In this document: positions 59,501 to 64,000 of the stretch, piece after piece
How the letters are laid out: every line of letters starts with the position of its first letter
Numbering within the stretch: the first letter of the stretch is position 1
DNA from: Oopsacas minuta
Taxonomy: Eukaryota; Animalia; Porifera
DNA: 64,000 nt
Assembly (NCBI GenBank): GCA_024704765.1
Contig: JAKMXF010000266.1
Coordinates: 1-64,000 of the forward strand
Direction: 5' to 3'
Notes under the pieces: generated by a model
Database searches by the model: none
The model's input: only the letters and a program-made list of their open reading frames with translations
What the model was told of the DNA's origin: nothing
Position numbers and translations under genes: made by a program

Positions 59501-59718
59501 GTAGCTGGGTCTGAGTATAAATCATCTGAGCTGATTTCTACAGGGGGATTAATCGCAGGAGGGGAAGGGAGAGGTCGGAATGTGTTAGGTACCATGTTTT
59601 GGAGATCTTGAAGAAGATCATCTACAAATAGATATCGTTATATACCACAGAGAATTGTTATATCCTCCATTAATCACTCACCTAGATCAGATAGAGTCTG
59701 TGGATTTGATGTTACCAT
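56599..59718 (-). CDS. PXN: Paxillin (LD motifs plus 4 LIM domains), 8 exons, about 634 aa
   Basis: join(59718-59682, 59621-59284, 59224-59029, 58966-58569, 58506-58243, 57406-57233, 57174-56944, 56865-56599) = 1,905 nt. LD motifs [35 protein letters not shown]; four LIM domains ending [10 protein letters not shown]. Confidence 0.9.
57546..57908 (+). CDS. DAD1: Oligosaccharyltransferase subunit DAD1/OST2, antisense in paxillin intron 5
   Basis: [17 protein letters not shown]...[22 protein letters not shown]...LRIQVNPQN...[13 protein letters not shown]. Start at 57546 preferred; 57501 is also an ATG. Confidence 0.95.
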   Translation: MASSKSKSSSVGICEIVGHFLEEYTTTTPQKLKIIDVYLSFILFTGIFQFIYCLLVGTFPFNSFLAGFISCVGAFILAVCLRIQVNPQNTAQFKISEERAFADFLFASFVLYLVVFNFLG

Positions 59719-60633
59719 TACTAAATCAGACCTTATATATTGCTAGAAATGTAAAGAATGTAACTAAAACATATTTTTCTTATCTTATCCAAATATTAAG
59801 AATTGTAAAGTGAATTCGTTGAGTGCTTTGGCAACAAAGAATCTTATTTTGCAAAGATTGAAACCAACCAACTAGCATTTTTACCATTTTATCTTCCTAT
59901 TCAAATGCTTCAATAAAATTTCCATCTAATTTATACGAATAACTTTTATAAATCGAATATTTCTTCTAATTTTGTATCTGAAATTCTAAAAACGGATTTT
60001 ATTTCCATTTTAGGATTTGTAAGATAAGCCATTCTCTGAATTTACATAAAACTTGTCTAACACTCAAATCAGCTTCATTTAGCTCTGAGTTACCAGAGTC
60101 ATTAATCTCATATATTTTTACGAATAACTAAATACGTTTTTGAGTGGCAGAGACCACAAGTTCGTCGATATAAAATGTGAATTATGTTTTCCATAAAAAT
60201 ACTCATCCAAGGTTTCATTGGACAAACTCTAATCTTAGAGAATTAATGAAATAAATTCCTAGTAGAAGTTCATCATCGTTACACATTTTAACTTATCCAC
60301 CAATTGAATTTACCAAGCATGTCAAACATTCCTAAAATTTAAGGTTTTCCATTTACTCAAAGTTTAAATAGAAGTTTTCACACAATTTTAGTAAAATATA
60401 ATGTGGCTTATTGCACTATTTTGCAACTTTCAATTGGCTCATCAAATAGCATTTATTATAGGTATTTATTTATTATAATTCAAATAATTAGAGGATAAAA
60501 CGACATTTTTCGCATTCCTCACATTCTTAAGATAAGCTTGCGTATCCATTCCACCAATATATGTACATACCATGCTATATAACAGAATTACTGACTCTAT
60601 TTTTTAATTTGTATTAGAAAAGTGTTCCAATAA

Positions 60634-61017
60634 ATGTCAGGTAATAATTTGGTATGTGAGGCTGAGCTCACGGATAAAATATTGAAATTGAAGCAAGGGT
60701 TGGCTTCCGTAGGAGCTTCTAACTTCAAACATACAAAGGATCTTTCTCGTGCATTTAATGATCGTGGTTTCTACCATTACCAGATGGTAGACTTCTATCT
60801 TGCTATACAAGATTATTCAGAAGCGATAGCTCTTGATCCTAATTTTGAAATCGCATTTTATAACCGCGGTCTAGTTAGATACAGACTGGGATTCTATTCA
60901 GGCTCTAGAGATGATTTGGACAAGTGTTTATTGATAAATCCTCAATTTATAGAGGCTGGACTTGCGCTTACTCAGGTTCTGGAAGATATAAAAGAGGGTA
61001 GAACTTTCGGTCAGTGA
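60634..61017 (+). CDS. TTC32: Tetratricopeptide repeat protein 32
   Basis: AFNDRGFYHYQMVDFYLAIQDYSEAIALDPNFEIAFYNRGLVRYRLG matches TTC32 ([22 protein letters not shown]...PNFEVPYYNRGLILYRLG). Confidence 0.82.
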   Translation: MSGNNLVCEAELTDKILKLKQGLASVGASNFKHTKDLSRAFNDRGFYHYQMVDFYLAIQDYSEAIALDPNFEIAFYNRGLVRYRLGFYSGSRDDLDKCLLINPQFIEAGLALTQVLEDIKEGRTFGQ

Positions 61018-61212
61018 AGAGACACATGCTTTGAATAACTATTTCTTTGCCATTTGGATGTACTTTATGATTATTGATGAACACACAATTTGGGTTTTAT
61101 CGCCTCTAACCAATCCCAATTATTTCTAACTCACAAATGTGTTTTATGTGTCTTATACTTGAGGATTATTTATATATTTCTTATAACCTGTATTAGATTA
61201 TAAATTAGAGCA

Positions 61213-61344
61213 ATGCCCCTGAGAGGATTTAAAGTCAATCTAGCAGATGCAGAGTTAGAAGGATTAGTGACAGAGGGAGACCCAGAGAAAGATTTTAGCG
61301 GTCTCTATGAAATCGGACATGGGAGCTTCGGAGCTGTTTATTAC
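61213..61344 (+). CDS. TAOK: First coding exon of a TAO (Ste20-family) kinase; the rest of the gene was not found in the window
   Basis: Not in the ORF track. [44 protein letters not shown] ends at a GTGAGT donor (61345); matches TAOK [22 protein letters not shown]. Confidence 0.85.
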
Positions 61345-62484
61345 GTGAGTTTATAATTGCTAATACTGCCATCATTTATTAACTGTTTTACATTAGTTTT
61401 GACACTGTTTGAGCATAGAAATTATTATGAATAGGTAGTATTAGTCGATGCTATACATATTATAACTGTGGTGATAAATATATTGCAGTTATTGTTATGG
61501 TATTCTCACTGAGATACAACAAAATATACCAAAATATTTCTTAGAAATTACGAACTGTGATATTATTTATTTATTAATGCATTATGTCCATACAATGGTT
61601 ATGCTATCTATTTGCTTCTGTCCTACACAAACACACACATACACATTCTTATGGCTTAGTGGTAATGATTTTTCAAATTTCATCAATTCCTCGGATAACT
61701 GTGTCTACATCAATCAATACTGAAACTAAACTCTCCAATTATGTTATTATGTTGGAGAATTGTGCAATATTTCCAGTACTCGGCAATTACGTCTCTTACA
61801 TCTCTACACATGATATCTCCTAAACACTTGTACTCTATCCATATCCTTATAGTTATAGACACATATATTCACGACAGGTACTGTTATACCCTCCGGCTAT
61901 AATCTCACAGTATATACCTTAATTAACAAGGTATCTTAAGACAAGCATTTCCATATTTGCATTGATACCAGAACGATCAGATTCAGTATAATATCACAGC
62001 TGATTTACCAGCTGTATATTATACTCATTGCTAGTGTTATAGTAAGATTAGATTCTAATAAATACATACCAATAGTTGACAACTTATCTAGCGTCAGATA
62101 TATCGGTAGAGTTGTAGATAATTAGTATATTTAGGTAATCTTACCCCGTGATAAGATATTGATTGCTAATTTCATGATTTGGTAAATATATAAACTCTAC
62201 ATCACACTAGGCTAGAATATGCAGCATCTACTTATGTAGCATGCACGTTGCGTATTTAATTCATTAAATTATTCTCTATCAACCAATGTACTAAATTTAT
62301 CTAACAAAAATCATAAAAGTTTAATATTTTGTTACTACAAAAGTATCCACGTTGCTATAGACTATCGCATTGACATCTCCTGATTTTATATAATTAGCAC
62401 AAGACGTAACCAGATCATCAATACGTTAATCATAGTCTTTGGTATCTATTTAAGACAACTTTAAGAAACTTAACATCAGAAAAG

Positions 62485-64000
62485 ATGGTCCGCTTTGCAT
62501 CTAATATCCTAATCGTATCTCTATTCATCACGGTAATACAGTGTCTTCCTCCAGATAAGGAGCTATTTGATAATGTGGGTCAAATAAACTATAACTCTAT
62601 GAGTTATACAAATGTATACAAATGTATGTCTGAACTGCTCAATCGACAGAACTGGTTGAGGCTAATAGCACAACCTGAAGCAATCACTAACGTTTCTAAC
62701 AAATGCATTGAGAGCTTTAGAAGATTTAACACTAGCATTTCGGGTCGTCCTGAGGATATAATATATCTACTTGATAGCTTTTCAAAGCCTCAGCCTGGTA
62801 TCCTAACAGGAAATATGCAATGGCTTGGTAATTGGGACGAGTGTAACAACCTACACAACACACGTTACATTACTCTATCTATACCATTATCAATATCAGG
62901 TCTTGTATCACAAATGGTACAGATTGATATATGTCTGCCAGTAGAATGTGACAATGACACAGATATCAGGGGGCTATTGAGTGTATTAAGTGTTATTGGG
63001 ATAGATGCTGATAAAGTAGGTATATTCTCTCATTTACCTCATGAACTAACAGTTGGTAGATATGCTGTTATAATTCTTCTATGTGTGTTCGGAGTTCTTA
63101 TACTCATAAGCACTGTAGTTGATTTTATAGAGCGAGCAGTGTATGGACTGAATAATCTATTCCGTAAGGAGTATTCCCGTAGATCTGTGTCTCAAATTCC
63201 TTCCTATAATTACCATACAGGGAATACTGATGATGATGATCTCAGACTCAAAGGCAGCACATTAAACAGGGTTGAATCTGACCTGACTGACAATAACGAG
63301 GCTAATGAGTACTCTAAACTGTTACGTAGTGAGACATACAGTAGGAGTATAAGCAAGCAAGCTGCTACCATTATCCACAGATTAATAGTCCCATTCTCTT
63401 TGTACACTAATGTTAAGAAAGTATTTGATACAAATCAACCGCCTAATGCTATACGCTGCTTGAATGGTATTCGGACTATCTCTATGTTCTGGGTGATATT
63501 AGGTCATGTATATCTCTTCACCCTATCATCAGAGACTAACACCATGGACATTATTACAGACATCGCTTTAAGATTTAGCTTCCAGCCTGTTTTAAATGGA
63601 TATTTCTCTGTAGATACATTCTTTGTGTTGTCAGGACTTCTAGTAATGTATCTTTCACTTAGAGAGCTAAACAGATCAAGCAAGAAAATCCGCAGTTATA
63701 TCATCTTCTTGGTGAAGTTCTATATACATCGAATACTCCGTATAACTCCTACTTTATTCGTAGTGTTAGTTGCCTTCTGGCAACTAACCCCTATCATTAC
63801 TGATGGACCTTTATGGAGACCAGGGATTGATACTACAGTTGGAAACTGCGATGGGTTCAATTGGATAACTCCCCTCTTGTATTTGAACAACCTCTACCCT
63901 AGTTTCAAAAATGGATGTATGGCATGGACTTGGTATCTTGCCAATGATATGCAGTTCTTCTTTATCTCCCCTATTTTCATCTTCCCTGCATTTCTCCTTC
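62485..64000 (+). CDS. NRF-6 / O-acyltransferase-like (acyltransferase-3) membrane protein, running off the window end
   Basis: Not in the ORF track (no stop in window). Open from ATG 62485: signal peptide, NRF domain (LLDSFSKPQPGILTGNMQWLGNWDEC...DICLPVEC), IRCLNGIRTISMFWVILGH, SVDTFFVLSGLL, FYIHRILRITP, CMAWTWYLANDMQFF. Confidence 0.92.
   Translation, partial: MVRFASNILIVSLFITVIQCLPPDKELFDNVGQINYNSMSYTNVYKCMSELLNRQNWLRLIAQPEAITNVSNKCIESFRRFNTSISGRPEDIIYLLDSFSKPQPGILTGNMQWLGNWDECNNLHNTRYITLSIPLSISGLVSQMVQIDICLPVECDNDTDIRGLLSVLSVIGIDADKVGIFSHLPHELTVGRYAVIILLCVFGVLILISTVVDFIERAVYGLNNLFRKEYSRRSVSQIPSYNYHTGNTDDDDLRLKGSTLNRVESDLTDNNEANEYSKLLRSETYSRSISKQAATIIHRLIVPFSLYTNVKKVFDTNQPPNAIRCLNGIRTISMFWVILGHVYLFTLSSETNTMDIITDIALRFSFQPVLNGYFSVDTFFVLSGLLVMYLSLRELNRSSKKIRSYIIFLVKFYIHRILRITPTLFVVLVAFWQLTPIITDGPLWRPGIDTTVGNCDGFNWITPLLYLNNLYPSFKNGCMAWTWYLANDMQFFFISPIFIFPAFLL

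Noticed and set aside
61841-61848. ATATCCTT, a U12-type 5' splice-site consensus
   Set aside because: Isolated 8-mer with no upstream exon or matching U12 branch site; expected by chance.
6163-63407. Numerous 60-140 aa ORFs antisense to or in alternate frames of real genes (for example 6163-6579, 9556-9888, 12281-12670, 29517-29849, 38064-38390, 53590-53895, 63210-63407)
   Set aside because: Shadow ORFs of the overlapping coding sequence; no independent motifs.

Overview
AT-rich, very gene-dense eukaryotic (animal) DNA; no prokaryotic features, CRISPR array, tRNA or rRNA found. Introns of about 50-60 nt, many intronless genes and a metazoan adhesion toolkit (cadherin, paxillin, dystrophin-like) suggest an early-branching animal with a compact genome; a glass sponge (hexactinellid, Oopsacas-like) is my inference, not a database result. 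The window opens with two tandem-repeat arrays (313-bp unit; 34-bp palindromic unit). It then holds a 21-exon cadherin gene of about 6,440 aa (2942-31264) and about 25 other genes. The main signal is architectural. Every long intron I could reconstruct contains whole genes: mucolipin, and TMEM104-like plus a VWA gene, on the SAME strand inside cadherin introns; an EGF-repeat gene antisense in another; DAD1 antisense in paxillin; and probably an NRF-6-like acyltransferase inside TAO kinase intron 1. All three introns hosting same-strand genes also carry a normal-looking acceptor 46-61 nt after the donor that leads to a stop within 2-6 codons, a candidate host/guest splicing switch. A five-gene same-strand cluster with gaps down to 35 nt looks operon-like (possible SL trans-splicing). 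Exon structures were built by hand from GT-AG sites and reading-frame continuity and need RNA-seq confirmation.
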